64,000 nt of DNA from an uncultured Candidatus Saccharibacteria bacterium (GTDB lineage: Bacteria > Patescibacteriota > Minisyncoccia > Phycocordibacterales > UBA2100): NCBI GenBank assembly GCA_964594735.1, contig CAZQMS010000004.1, forward strand, positions 13,241 to 77,240. The letters run 5' to 3'. Under the pieces are notes generated by a model. The model was not told the DNA's origin, did no database searches, and worked only from the letters and a program-made list of their open reading frames with translations. The position numbers and the translations under genes are program-made. Shown piece by piece: positions 28,650 to 38,882 of this stretch. The first letter of the stretch is position 1, and each line of letters begins with the position of its first letter.

Positions 28650-29156
28650 GTGAAGTACGTTCCTCTTATTGTGGTGGTTTTATTTCTTGCGGCGGGAGGT
28701 TTTTTGATTTGGCAGGAGCAAGCCCTAATGGGAGTCACCCCGGTGATTAAAGTGGCTGAGGAGGAAAATGTTTTAGCACGTGCCTTAGTCGGCGGAGCCG
28801 AGACACGCGAGACCGGTGAGGGCGCAACTAAACAGCACCCGACCATTCAAAGTTACATTCTTGGACCTTCATCTGTCACTGCCGGTACAGCGTGGGAGGG
28901 GGTGATTGTCATGCCGGAGAATTTGGTTGGGAAGTTTAGCCTTCCAGATATCTATTGGGGCGACGGGACTGCTGATAACGATATTTCCGGGACACTTTGG
29001 AAGTATGACGGCACTGATGTTCAGGATAACAAGGTCCGCATTTCTCACACATACAGCAAGCCCGGCGTGTATAAGGTTTTTATGACCATTAATGGTAGTG
29101 GCAAGGAGTTTGCGGCAGGTACAGTCATCCTAAATCCCATCATTACCGCTAAATAA
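28650..29156 (+). CDS. Membrane-anchored PKD-domain protein encoded on a low-GC insert
   Basis: TM helix. PKD motif YWGDGT...HTYSKPGVYKV. Local composition is AT-richer than the surroundings. Confidence 0.6.
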   Translation: MKYVPLIVVVLFLAAGGFLIWQEQALMGVTPVIKVAEEENVLARALVGGAETRETGEGATKQHPTIQSYILGPSSVTAGTAWEGVIVMPENLVGKFSLPDIYWGDGTADNDISGTLWKYDGTDVQDNKVRISHTYSKPGVYKVFMTINGSGKEFAAGTVILNPIITAK

Positions 29157-29163
29157 ATAACCT

Positions 29164-29197
29164 GGCCAACAAGGCATTCGCGCACTTCGCCTGGTAG
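29164..29197 (+). other. Duplicated 3' end of rpsG (GCC AAC AAG GCA TTC GCG CAC TTC GCC TGG TAG encodes ANKAFAHFAW*)
   Basis: Encodes the same ten residues as the end of rpsG using GC-richer synonymous codons. Confidence 0.75.
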
Positions 29198-29218
29198 CTC
29201 AGTAAAGATAAGACAAAT

Positions 29219-29255
29219 AAAACGGCTCAACACGTGTTGAGCCGTTTTGATTTGG
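29219..29255. terminator. Intrinsic terminator AAAACGGCTCAACACGTGTTGAGCCGTTTTGATTT
   Basis: Perfect hairpin followed by a T-run. Confidence 0.7.
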
Positions 29256-29277
29256 TGCTGGACTGCAGCAGCGCAGT

Positions 29278-29529
29278 CTACTGCATGAGCAGGTACTCAA
29301 TCCTGCCGAGCGCCTCATGCGGCGTCACGACGTCGAAGGTATCGAGTGCGTACTGGTGCGCGACGTTTTGAAGCCGTTGGAGCGCTGAATCTGCGCTGTT
29401 GTCGACGCATTTCGACGCGCAGTACGCGAGACTGGTGAGCACGAACGGATCGGCGTACGGCCTCTTGGCCCTTTCGATTTCGTTGAGAACAAATTGGCGG
29501 ATTTTCTCAAGATCCTCTTCGGTGGTCAT
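29278..29529 (-). CDS. Hypothetical protein (83 aa)
   Basis: GGAGAAA-type ribosome-binding site. Lies downstream of the FabA-like gene. Confidence 0.4.
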   Translation of the reverse strand: MTTEEDLEKIRQFVLNEIERAKRPYADPFVLTSLAYCASKCVDNSADSALQRLQNVAHQYALDTFDVVTPHEALGRIEYLLMQ

Positions 29530-29544
29530 GGCATTTCTCCATTG

Positions 29545-30090
29545 TCAGGGGCGAATGAACGCCGTGAGGTCTGAGATTTCACAGACACGGATGTTGTCGC
29601 ATTCCACGTAGCCGTCCGCGACCGCGAACGACCGTTTCGCTGAGACGAGGATCTTCTTCACGTCGATGCGATACTGCACGAGCGATGCACTCGGCAAAAT
29701 CTCACCGAGAAATTTGCTCGGCCCTGCGCCCGTAGCGCGACCCTTGCCTCGAGCGCCGGACCAGCCGGCGAAGAAGCCGGTGAGTTGCCAGAGCGCGTCT
29801 TGCTGCAAACACCCCGGCATCACGGGGTCATCTTTGAAGTGGCAAGCGAAGAACCAGGCGTCGCGGCGGACATCCATCTCCGCGATTGCGTAGCCCTTTT
29901 CGAACGTGCCGCCCTCGTCGCGAATGTCGAGAATGCGGTCAAGCATGCGCATGGGTGAGATGGGCAGTCGAGGCAGATTGCCCCACATGCCCCGGCCGCA
30001 GTACTCGAGTTCGTCGAGGCTGTACGATTCTTTCCTCTGGAACCCCGAGGTGCCCGGCACCCTACCTGAATCATCGAGAAGCATGGTCAT
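29545..30090 (-). CDS. FabA-like 3-hydroxyacyl-ACP dehydratase/isomerase (hot-dog fold)
   Basis: High similarity to E. coli FabA around the active site (DAWFFACHFKDDPVMPGCLQQDALWQL). Confidence 0.75.
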   Translation of the reverse strand: MTMLLDDSGRVPGTSGFQRKESYSLDELEYCGRGMWGNLPRLPISPMRMLDRILDIRDEGGTFEKGYAIAEMDVRRDAWFFACHFKDDPVMPGCLQQDALWQLTGFFAGWSGARGKGRATGAGPSKFLGEILPSASLVQYRIDVKKILVSAKRSFAVADGYVECDNIRVCEISDLTAFIRP

Positions 30091-30205
30091 GGCTTCATCT
30101 CCCTTCGGCCATCCGTTACGGAGCCGTTCTGTCGACGTTATACCGATATGATAGAGGTGTGTCGAGCGCATTTTGCGGCCTGCTGTTTACACGTACTATG
30201 TCCGC

Positions 30206-30871
30206 ATGGCAGAGGTAAAGATTGAGCAGAGTTGGAAGGCGCGGCTTGAGGGGGAGTTCGGGCAAGACTATTTCAAGCAGCTCACTGATTTTGTCCGAGA
30301 AGAGTACAAGCGGGCGGTGGTGTACCCGAATCCGAAGCAGATTTTCCGTGCGTTCGACGAGACGCCATTTGAGAAAGTGAAAGTGGTCATCTTGGGGCAA
30401 GACCCGTATCACGGCGAAGGGCAAGCAAATGGTCTTTGCTTTGCAGTAAATAGCGGTGTGCGACCGCCGCCTTCACTGCAAAATATCTGGAAAGAGATTG
30501 AAGCTGACCTCGGGAAGCCTGCGGTGCGAGACACCGACCTTTCCCGCTGGGCAAGGCAGGGAGTTCTATTATTGAACGCGACACTCACGGTAAATGCCAA
30601 GACACCCGGGAGTCATCAGGGGAAGGGTTGGGAGCAATTTACCGACGCGGCTATCAAGAAGCTGGCAGAGGAGCGCGAGGGCATCGTCTTTATATTGTGG
30701 GGCAACTACGCGCGGCAAAAAGGCGCTCATATAGATAGAGCGAAGCACTTGGTCTTAGAAAGTCCGCACCCGTCACCGTTTTCGGCGCATAGTGGCTTCT
30801 TCGGCTCCAAGCCATTCTCGAAAGCAAATGAGTATCTGCAGGCGCGCGGGGAGAACCCCATCGACTGGTGA
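30206..30871 (+). CDS. ung: Uracil-DNA glycosylase, family 1
   Basis: GQDPYHG and HPSPLSA-like (SPHPSPFSA) motifs. Confidence 0.85.
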   Translation: MAEVKIEQSWKARLEGEFGQDYFKQLTDFVREEYKRAVVYPNPKQIFRAFDETPFEKVKVVILGQDPYHGEGQANGLCFAVNSGVRPPPSLQNIWKEIEADLGKPAVRDTDLSRWARQGVLLLNATLTVNAKTPGSHQGKGWEQFTDAAIKKLAEEREGIVFILWGNYARQKGAHIDRAKHLVLESPHPSPFSAHSGFFGSKPFSKANEYLQARGENPIDW

Positions 30872-30906
30872 CATCCCCTTCTATTCGACGGCCGTCTAAT
30901 AGAGAG

Positions 30907-31455
30907 CTATAGTAGTCGGAACACTTTCCTTAATCGTTCCTCGGACTCAATTTTCTCGAGCACGCCGTACAATATGTATTTCGAGAGGGCCGATTCGCGC
31001 CGTATAAGTTGTATAAGTTCCTCACAATCGTGTGGAAAGATCCAGACACTCTGCTGTAGCTGCACAAAGCCGGCACGCTTCAATATTCCGCGCACTTGGT
31101 TGCGCAATACTCGATATTTCTCGGGGATGTCGAATACAACGATGCGCCACCGGTGGTCCCATCGGGTATCGTTTCGCAAAAGGGCTGCCGTGGAGCGAAT
31201 TGCGCCACCGAGTATATCCGCACCCCTGTCGGTAAGAGAAAGTTTTTGCCCGCGTTCAGTAATGAATTTCAGGTCCTTAAGCCGCTCAATGGCCAACTTC
31301 TTGCGATATCGAAACTGTGCGTGTTCTCGCGCCCGCTTGAACATCAGACGATTAGAGCGAGCAGATAGAAGGAACCCGTACAGCAAATCGCCAGCCGACA
31401 GATCTTCGAGGACGCTTCGTTCTATAGCGCCGAGCCGATGTCTTCGTTTTGCCAT
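30907..31455 (-). CDS. PaaX-family-like transcriptional regulator (wHTH + PaaX_C-like)
   Basis: WRIVVFDIPEKYRVLRNQVRGILKRAGFVQLQQSVWIFP. Confidence 0.5.
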   Translation of the reverse strand: MAKRRHRLGAIERSVLEDLSAGDLLYGFLLSARSNRLMFKRAREHAQFRYRKKLAIERLKDLKFITERGQKLSLTDRGADILGGAIRSTAALLRNDTRWDHRWRIVVFDIPEKYRVLRNQVRGILKRAGFVQLQQSVWIFPHDCEELIQLIRRESALSKYILYGVLEKIESEERLRKVFRLL

Positions 31456-31815
31456 ATATCCATATATTATACGGCCGTCGATTAGAGGGATGTATGAGAT
31501 GTGGATTCTGAAGTATGTGAAGTACGTGCAGGGTGGCCTTTCGAGTGGTAAGAAGCGGGCTTCAGCGGAGTCTCATAGGGGCACGTCCATGATGCGCCTA
31601 TGTCACTCTTCTCGATTTTCGTCATATTCCTGCTCGTCGCTGTCTTCGGCACGCTCATCGCCGTGGCGATAGATGAAGAGTTTTGGCTCTAGTGAGGCTT
31701 GTATTTTCGCCCCCAATCCGTTACATTGTGCACACCTGCCTGCGCAGGCAGGCGCCCAAAAGAGGTTTAGCGGGGCTCCGCCAGCCGGCGGATATTTTTT
31801 TAAACAATACATACT

Positions 31816-33957
31816 ATGAGCAGAGATTACCCCCTCGAGAAGGTCCGCAACTTCGGCATCGTCGCACACGTCGACGCGGGCAAGACGACCACGTCGGAGC
31901 GCATCCTCTACTACACCGGCGAGAGCCACAAAATAGGTGAAGTGCACGAGGGCAACACGGTTACCGACTGGATGGAACAGGAGCGTGAGCGCGGTATCAC
32001 CATCACCGCCGCGGCCATCACGTGTTTCTGGAATCCCTCGTACATGGGTGCCGATACATCTTTCAAGCATCGCTTCAACATCATCGACACGCCGGGTCAC
32101 ATCGACTTCACGTCGGAAGTGAAGCGCTCAATGCGCGTACTCGACGGTGCAGTCGTCGTATTTGACGGTGTCGCGGGCGTGGAGCCTCAGTCGGAGACCA
32201 ACTGGCGCTACGCGGAGGAAGCCGAGGTGCCCAGAATCTGCTACATCAACAAGCTCGACCGCACCGGCGCTTCATTTGAAAAGTCGTATGCTTCGATTCT
32301 CGACCGCCTCTCGACGAAAGCAGTCCGTCTCCAGATACCGATCGGCCTCGAAGACCAGTTCGAAGCGGTCATCGATGTTCTCGAGATGAAAGCGTATCGC
32401 TTCGAGGGTGAGATGGGCAAGAACGTCGTACCATTCGAGATTCCGGATCAGTACAAGGCCGATGCGGAGAAGTATCACAACGAAATCGTCGAGCGCATCG
32501 TCGAGACTGACGACGCACTTATGGCCGAGTTCCTCGACGGCAAGAAGCCCTCTCTTGAGGTGCTCAAAAAGGCGCTTCGCCAGGCCGTCGTCACCAACAA
32601 GATTTTCCCCGTCCTCACCGGCAGCAGTCTCAAGAACAAGGGTGTGCAGCGCGTGCTCGATGCGGTCGTCGACTACCTCCCGTCTCCGCTCGACCTGCCC
32701 CAGGCTCGCGGTATCAACCCCGACACTGGCGCAGAAGAGACACGCCCAGCCGACGACTCGGCGCCCTTTGCCGCGCTCGCATTCAAGCTCCAGGTGGACC
32801 CATTCGTCGGTGCGCTGACATTCTTCCGCGTCTACTCGGGCACCATCAATACGGGTGACACTGTCTACAACTCTGCCAACAACAAAAAGGAGCGCATCGG
32901 CCGTATGGTGCGCCTCCAGGCAGACAAGCGCGAGGAAATCAAATCTGTCCATGCGGGCGAAATCGCTGCCGTGGTGGGCATGAAAGAGGTGAAAATCGGC
33001 CACACGCTCTGTGTCGCGGATCACCCGATTATTCTCGAGAGCATCGTCTTTCCTGAGCCAGTGGTTTCGATGCGTGTCGAGCCGAAGACCAAGGCCGACC
33101 AGGAGAAAATGGGTATCGCACTCTCCAAGCTCTCCGACGAAGACCCGACGTTCCGCGTCCACTCCGACCCTGAGACGATGGAGACGATTATCTCGGGCAT
33201 GGGTGAGCTGCACCTCGACATCATCGTCGACCGCATGAAGCGCGAATTTGCCGTGGAGGCGACGACGGGCAAGCCGCAGGTTGCGTACCGCGAGACTATC
33301 CAGGGCACCGCGGATGTCGAGTACAAACACATCAAGCAGACAGGCGGTCGCGGTCAGTACGGCCACGTGAAAATCAAGGTCAAGCCGCTCGAACCGATTG
33401 TCGAAGGCGAGAAGGTCAAGAACAACGTCGACCGCGAAGACCACTTCGAATTCATCAACAACATCAAGGGCGGCGTCATCCCGCAGGAGTACATTCAGCC
33501 GGTCAAAAAAGGTCTCAAGGAGGGTATGGAGCGCGGTGTCCTCGCCGGCTTCCCGATGGTCGATGTGTCTGTCGACCTCTACGACGGCAGCTACCACGAC
33601 GTCGACTCATCCGAAATCGCATTCAAACTCGCTGCGCTCAATGCGTTTCAAGACGCGGTACAGAAGGCGAAGCCCGTCATTCTCGAACCGATTATGAAGC
33701 TCGAAGTCGTCATGCCAGAGAAATTCATGGGCGACGTGACCGGCATGATCAACTCGAAGCGCGGCACCATCGAAGCGATGGGTGAGCGCGGCCAGGCACG
33801 CGTCGTCACTGCCAAAGTCCCGCTCTCAGAAATGTTCGGCTTCACCACGCAGCTTCGCTCGCTCACCGAAGGTCGCGGTGTCCCGAACCTCGAATTCAGT
33901 CACTACGCGGTCGTGCCGCGCAACGTCCAGGAGGAAATCGTTTCGTCAAGAAAATAG
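31816..33957 (+). CDS. fusA: Elongation factor G
   Basis: Strongly conserved sequence over its full length. Confidence 0.95.
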   Translation: MSRDYPLEKVRNFGIVAHVDAGKTTTSERILYYTGESHKIGEVHEGNTVTDWMEQERERGITITAAAITCFWNPSYMGADTSFKHRFNIIDTPGHIDFTSEVKRSMRVLDGAVVVFDGVAGVEPQSETNWRYAEEAEVPRICYINKLDRTGASFEKSYASILDRLSTKAVRLQIPIGLEDQFEAVIDVLEMKAYRFEGEMGKNVVPFEIPDQYKADAEKYHNEIVERIVETDDALMAEFLDGKKPSLEVLKKALRQAVVTNKIFPVLTGSSLKNKGVQRVLDAVVDYLPSPLDLPQARGINPDTGAEETRPADDSAPFAALAFKLQVDPFVGALTFFRVYSGTINTGDTVYNSANNKKERIGRMVRLQADKREEIKSVHAGEIAAVVGMKEVKIGHTLCVADHPIILESIVFPEPVVSMRVEPKTKADQEKMGIALSKLSDEDPTFRVHSDPETMETIISGMGELHLDIIVDRMKREFAVEATTGKPQVAYRETIQGTADVEYKHIKQTGGRGQYGHVKIKVKPLEPIVEGEKVKNNVDREDHFEFINNIKGGVIPQEYIQPVKKGLKEGMERGVLAGFPMVDVSVDLYDGSYHDVDSSEIAFKLAALNAFQDAVQKAKPVILEPIMKLEVVMPEKFMGDVTGMINSKRGTIEAMGERGQARVVTAKVPLSEMFGFTTQLRSLTEGRGVPNLEFSHYAVVPRNVQEEIVSSRK

Positions 33958-34085
33958 ACACGTCTGCCACAAGGGCACTTCCGCCGAGATTTTCCAGCAG
34001 GCCCAACTGCTAGGAAAATCCAAGTGCAGTCGCTGCTGCGAGCTGCCATTTCACTAACGTCGAGTACGACGAAGTGAAATTGGTC

Positions 34086-34112
34086 GCAGGACGAAATCGT
34101 TGCGTCCAGAAA
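34086..34112 (+). other. Duplicated 3' end of fusA (GAC GAA ATC GTT GCG TCC AGA AAG TAA encodes DEIVASRK*)
   Basis: Compare the fusA end EEIVSSRK*. About 130 nt downstream of the fusA stop. GC-richer codons. Confidence 0.6.
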
Positions 34113-34145
34113 GTAAAAGAAACCCGGGCTTAGCCCGGGTTTCTT
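34113..34145. terminator. Bidirectional terminator AAGAAACCCGGGCTTAGCCCGGGTTTCTTTTAT
   Basis: Perfect hairpin with flanking A and T runs. Confidence 0.7.
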
Positions 34146-34478
34146 TTATGCGATGATGTCGGTGCCGAAGATCTCCACGTATTGCTCGTCGGTTAGATAC
34201 TCTGCGAGCGTGAGCTTCACACCCACCAAGAGTCCATACACTTCATGTGGGTCTGAATGTTCCAATTCCTTTGCCATGAGGTAGTCAATATATCCTGCCA
34301 CCTGCGCTCGCAGAGTCTCGAGCCCTGCCCGCTTGGCTTCATTGGGTACGCCTTTTCCGCCGCGACCTTCTATCGCCACGTCGAGTGCGCGCACTGCCGC
34401 CTCGACATCTTTTTTTACCTGAGCCTTTCCTTCGAGCTCTTCGCGGTTGCGTATGGGGATGATTTTCTCGAAGGACAT
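34146..34478 (-). CDS. Hypothetical protein (110 aa)
   Basis: Plausible ORF with consistent codon usage. Confidence 0.45.
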   Translation of the reverse strand: MSFEKIIPIRNREELEGKAQVKKDVEAAVRALDVAIEGRGGKGVPNEAKRAGLETLRAQVAGYIDYLMAKELEHSDPHEVYGLLVGVKLTLAEYLTDEQYVEIFGTDIIA

Positions 34479-34626
34479 ACTCAGATGATATCACCTTCGA
34501 CTCAGTGCATAGTTTCGCACGCACCATACTGCAATACTGCCGCGGGGTACGCCGCGGCGTTTACAGCGAGGGAGGGGTGTATAAGTCGTGATCGCGCTAC
34601 ATGCATACAGCTATAATGAACGTATG

Positions 34627-35112
34627 GAGATGACTCGAAAAGACGTGTACCTCGGCACAGGTGCAATCATTGTCATCGTCGTGTGCACATACCTGCTCTA
34701 TACAGATGGACAATTCGTAAAGATGGAGAGCGAAGATACTGCTCTGGTAGAAGAGGTGCCCGCGATGACGGCTCTCATGAAAGAGGTGCTCGAGAAAAGC
34801 ACAGGATTCCAGTTGCTCGTCTCATACACCGATGGCGGGTTCCAGCCCTCACATGCGTCTATCAAGCGGGGCGATACAGTCCGCTTCACCAACAACTCCT
34901 CCGGCGAAGTCTGGGTATCTGCTGCAGCGGTACACAACGGCAACATTTTTCCCGGCGGGCCGAGTTCGTGCGGACAGAGTGCGTTTGATTCGTGCACAGC
35001 GCTCCAGCCGAAGGAATTTTGGGAGTTTACTTTTGATGAATCAGGGACGTGGGGCTACATCAATGTCGCGAATCCCACACACGATGCCGCGCTTGAAGTC
35101 GTCGCACTGTAG
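34627..35112 (+). CDS. Membrane-anchored cupredoxin-like protein. Paralog of 56449..56880.
   Basis: TM anchor followed by a beta-rich domain (IKRGDTVRFTNNSSGEVWV). Confidence 0.5.
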   Translation, partial: EMTRKDVYLGTGAIIVIVVCTYLLYTDGQFVKMESEDTALVEEVPAMTALMKEVLEKSTGFQLLVSYTDGGFQPSHASIKRGDTVRFTNNSSGEVWVSAAAVHNGNIFPGGPSSCGQSAFDSCTALQPKEFWEFTFDESGTWGYINVANPTHDAALEVVAL

Positions 35113-35131
35113 TGCGTGTTAGGATTTCAAA

Positions 35132-36628
35132 GTGTCACCAGTAAAAAAATCTGCGCTCTGGATTCTCCTTGCTTTCCTCTCGCTTGCCGCGGGATATTTA
35201 GGGTACAGCTCGTACCTCGGGTACCTCGATTACAAAGCTGCTCAGGCGGAGGAGGCAGCGCGCCAGCAGATATACGCGCTCAATCGGACCACGCTTATCG
35301 AAGCGCTCTCGCGCGAGGGCGTAGGGGCAGACGAGTTGGTACGCGGCTTTTGGTACTCATACCGCGATGCTTCAGGAGGAGAAAGCGTCGGGCGTTTCGA
35401 TCTCGACACGCTTGCATGGAACGAATTGCTCGCGGCAGAGTACGTCGCCATGCTCGCATCCCGTGTCGGTGATGCGTATCGCGTCCCGCCGACTTCCATG
35501 CGCTACTTAGAGAATGAAGAATTGCCGGAAAAGCTGCAGTTCCACAATGCGCTGTACAATCCGCGCCAGCCAGGCGCGTTCCAGGGTACGCAGCAGCAGC
35601 TAGAGAGCGCGTACGCGTCGGGGGACGCGACCTCAGAAGAGCTCTGGCAGCTCGCATACACCTACGAACTGCGCGGCGAGTACGAGAAGCGCGACGAATT
35701 GAACAAGGCTAATTGCAGGCTCTTCAAAGAGCGTTGCGGCGGCGATGTGCGGATTCGCGCTTTTGGGCGAGTCGTCGACACCGATGGTCGGCCTGTGCAG
35801 GCCGCCACGGTGGAAGTGCTCAGTGCGGACGGTGCCTCGGTAGATACCAACGAAGAAGGAGAGTTTGAACTCACTCTCACGGTAGATGAAATGGAAAAAG
35901 TCCGCATCGAGGCGAGCAAGCGCAACTTTTCTTCCGGTGTCGCGAGTATCGTGGTGGTCTCCGCCGGCAAGTCCGCATACGACGTAGGGGATATTGTGCT
36001 CGGTTCACCTGTCACGATTATCACGCTCGATACTGCACGCCGCACCGTGTCCGATCCCGCGAGCGAGGCGCGACCCGACGGTAGCTTCGTCTTGCGCGCT
36101 GATGTGAGCGAATACATCATCCCGCCGGGAGCCATCGTGCGCGCCGACGGCACGCCGTACCGCGGGGCAGTCGACGCGTACATATATGAGTTCGACCGCG
36201 ATACGGTACCCGCGAACCTCGTCACGCTCGACATTTTTGACGAGGTGTACGGTTACACCGGCGACCTCATGCTCACCTTCGGGATGCCGTTCATACAATT
36301 CTTTACGCTCGATGGTGAACGGCTCGACGTACTATCGCGTACCCCGATGCTTCTTACGTACAAATTCCCGCACTTCGACAAAATGCTCACCAACGAGGAC
36401 GGTATCTTGAATGCCGGGGTGACTACGGCTGAAGTCGATACATTGATTGCCGCATCGCGTGGGAAAACGGATTTCCCTATAACCTCAGGGTTCCTCTTTG
36501 CGAATGCTATCCACAGCTTCCCACCCTTCTGGGTCATGGATAGAAAGAGTGGCGTGTGGGACAATGTCGGCATACGGATGCTCGACAACGAGGGCACGAT
36601 ACAAGCACCCTTTTATACGGCTAAATAG
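35132..36628 (+). CDS. Secreted or membrane-anchored protein with a CarboxypepD_reg-like domain
   Basis: N-terminal TM or signal peptide. RIRAFGRVVDTDGRPVQAATVEVL. Confidence 0.55.
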   Translation: MSPVKKSALWILLAFLSLAAGYLGYSSYLGYLDYKAAQAEEAARQQIYALNRTTLIEALSREGVGADELVRGFWYSYRDASGGESVGRFDLDTLAWNELLAAEYVAMLASRVGDAYRVPPTSMRYLENEELPEKLQFHNALYNPRQPGAFQGTQQQLESAYASGDATSEELWQLAYTYELRGEYEKRDELNKANCRLFKERCGGDVRIRAFGRVVDTDGRPVQAATVEVLSADGASVDTNEEGEFELTLTVDEMEKVRIEASKRNFSSGVASIVVVSAGKSAYDVGDIVLGSPVTIITLDTARRTVSDPASEARPDGSFVLRADVSEYIIPPGAIVRADGTPYRGAVDAYIYEFDRDTVPANLVTLDIFDEVYGYTGDLMLTFGMPFIQFFTLDGERLDVLSRTPMLLTYKFPHFDKMLTNEDGILNAGVTTAEVDTLIAASRGKTDFPITSGFLFANAIHSFPPFWVMDRKSGVWDNVGIRMLDNEGTIQAPFYTAK

Positions 36629-36633
36629 TACCC

Positions 36634-37443
36634 ATGAGAGATTGGCTTAATGGATTCTCAGAGCAGCACCTTGGCACGCTTACCAATGTGCTCGCGCTCC
36701 TGGTCGCGGCTCTTGCGATTTTCACTGGATTTAGCTTGGCTCGCGGCAACGTCGACATCCCATGCTGGAACGTGAGCACGACGCGAGAAGAGGGCGGTTC
36801 GTGCACGGGCGGTTCCTGGACGACATGGTCGACCACCGCTGAAGACGGCACGACGGTGACGGAGCGCCGTGTGTACACCGGAGTTCTCAACACCGTGAGC
36901 GCCGTGATTACCTACAATACCTGCGGTGGTATCTCGAACAATTCCGCGGCCAACATAACGTCGCAGAGCTCCGCATGTCAGATAGAAGAGACGCGTACCA
37001 GGTCCGGCACCGGCTCTGGTGGGAGCGGCGGTTCGGGCTCTGGGAGCGGTTTTGAAATCCTCTCGTACAACACACAGCAGACCGTGGGCGACATCATCAG
37101 CACGATGAATGTGCAGGGCACTGTGAGTGACTTCAATGATTTCGTCGAGGCACGACTCGCCACATCCAGCATTCGCGCCATACCGATGCTCGTGCGCAGC
37201 GGGGAGACGACGCGTATCGTGTGGGATTCTGAATACGTCAGGCTCTGTCGCGTGACCGGAACCAACGGCGACAGCTGGCCGCTACCGGTCGGTGGACAAT
37301 TGCCGGTAGCGCTCTCAGGCGACGAAACTTCGGCTCCTATCGTGCAGCAGACCACCTACACGCTCGCGTGCACGACGGCACTCGGCAACATAATTGGCGG
37401 TGACGTGATCGTAAACATCATCCCGACGTTCAACGAACAATAG
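36634..37443 (+). CDS. Secreted protein with the shared C-terminal ~90-aa domain (ends IIPTFNEQ)
   Basis: C-terminal similarity to 37845..38870 and 56884..58092. Confidence 0.55.
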   Translation: MRDWLNGFSEQHLGTLTNVLALLVAALAIFTGFSLARGNVDIPCWNVSTTREEGGSCTGGSWTTWSTTAEDGTTVTERRVYTGVLNTVSAVITYNTCGGISNNSAANITSQSSACQIEETRTRSGTGSGGSGGSGSGSGFEILSYNTQQTVGDIISTMNVQGTVSDFNDFVEARLATSSIRAIPMLVRSGETTRIVWDSEYVRLCRVTGTNGDSWPLPVGGQLPVALSGDETSAPIVQQTTYTLACTTALGNIIGGDVIVNIIPTFNEQ

Positions 37444-37557
37444 TAGTAGACGCGTGTTTCAGAGCCTCCGTCGCGCTTTGCGGCGGGGGCTCTGTGTAAT
37501 CCCCGAGCGATTGCGTGTCCGCAGAAGACGCAGGCGGCGGTGCGATAGAATACGTGT

Positions 37558-37842
37558 GTGGCCCGATTCTTGCACTCTCTGCGGTTTCCACTTCTTGCTC
37601 TCGCAGCACTGCTTTCAGTTATCGCGATTCTCTATGCAGTCCTCACGCTCATGAGTGGAGTCGAAGAGACGCCAGAGGCGGGCGAGCTGACGTACGAGCA
37701 AAAGATGGAAATCCTCACGTCGCTTCGCGGTGGGGAGAATATCCCGCTCGATAGGAGAGAGAATACACTTTCTGCGATTGAAGAAGCCCCGGAACCGCTC
37801 AGCAGCGATGAAAAGATGAACATTCTCCGTGGTCTCAAATAA
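37558..37842 (+). CDS. Small membrane protein (GTG start, uncertain)
   Basis: One TM segment followed by an acidic tail. Confidence 0.3.
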   Translation: MARFLHSLRFPLLALAALLSVIAILYAVLTLMSGVEETPEAGELTYEQKMEILTSLRGGENIPLDRRENTLSAIEEAPEPLSSDEKMNILRGLK

Positions 37843-37844
37843 AT

Positions 37845-38870
37845 ATGCGTTCTACTAAGCAGCTTACGGTCGTCGGCATGCTCGTGGGCGCACTCACGAT
37901 TGGCAGCATGTTCGCTCTCGCCCCATCGGCAGAATCCCAGGCGAGCGGCGGCACCGTAGCGGGTTATGCGTGGAGCGATACCATTGGCTGGATTTCGCTC
38001 AATTGCAGCAATCACAGCTCGTGCGGGACGGTGAGCTACGGACTGCAGGTCGACGCCGACGGCGTGCTTTCCGGAAAAGCGTGGAGCGAAAACATCGGGT
38101 GGGTGAGCGCTGATATTACCGATCTTCTCGGATGTCCCGACGGTGGCTGCTCCGCTCGATTCGAGGGCGATGAACTTACGGGCTGGCTGAAAGCTCTCTC
38201 TGGCGGTTCGTCGCAAAGCGGAGGCTGGGACGGATTCATCTCCCTCTCGGGCTCGAGTCCAAGCTACGGCCCCACCCTTTCGTCCGGCACTTTTTCCGGG
38301 TACGCATGGGGAGACACCAATGTCGGCTGGATCGATTTCTCTTTTGCCACGAGCGATTTCGTACCCGATGTGTGTCTCAACCTGCCTGGCGTGCAGCCTG
38401 CTGCGCCAAGTGGATACTACGAAGAAGATGGGCAGTGCCTCGTACAGTGCAATGTCGCGCACAGTTGCTTGGGTCAGACGATTCAGAAGACCGAAGCGAA
38501 CTGCGCTGTCATCAACGTGACGACATGCGTGGCGCCGCTCTTTTGTGTCGCGGGCTCTGCGGTGTGCCTCTCGCCGAGCCCCGTCTTCAACCCGGGTGCA
38601 GGTCTCTCCGGACACCTGCAGGCGCGCCCGCTCATTCTCCCAACTGGCGCTAGGACGCGCTTGCATTGGGATGTGGGCAATGTTGAGAGTTGCTCAGTGA
38701 CAGGAAGCAACGGCGATTCGTGGTCGGGTGTGGCATCGGGCGCGTCGGGACAGGAGACAAGCCCTATCCTGCAAGTCACGACATTTACTCTTACGTGCGT
38801 GAAGTTCGACGAAGCGACTTTCTCAGAAAGTGTGTCGGTGACCGTGTTGCCAGTCTTTAGGGAGATATAA
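37845..38870 (+). CDS. Secreted protein with the shared C-terminal domain (ends VLPVFREI)
   Basis: Signal peptide. Cys-rich middle region. Conserved C-terminus. Confidence 0.55.
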   Translation: MRSTKQLTVVGMLVGALTIGSMFALAPSAESQASGGTVAGYAWSDTIGWISLNCSNHSSCGTVSYGLQVDADGVLSGKAWSENIGWVSADITDLLGCPDGGCSARFEGDELTGWLKALSGGSSQSGGWDGFISLSGSSPSYGPTLSSGTFSGYAWGDTNVGWIDFSFATSDFVPDVCLNLPGVQPAAPSGYYEEDGQCLVQCNVAHSCLGQTIQKTEANCAVINVTTCVAPLFCVAGSAVCLSPSPVFNPGAGLSGHLQARPLILPTGARTRLHWDVGNVESCSVTGSNGDSWSGVASGASGQETSPILQVTTFTLTCVKFDEATFSESVSVTVLPVFREI

Positions 38871-38882
38871 TAAAAGCTACGT

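Noticed and set aside
31603-31692. Tiny hydrophobic ORF (MSLFSIFVIFLLVAVFGTLIAVAIDEEFWL) in the PaaX-fusA intergenic region
   Set aside because: No convincing ribosome-binding site. Too short to support without conservation data.
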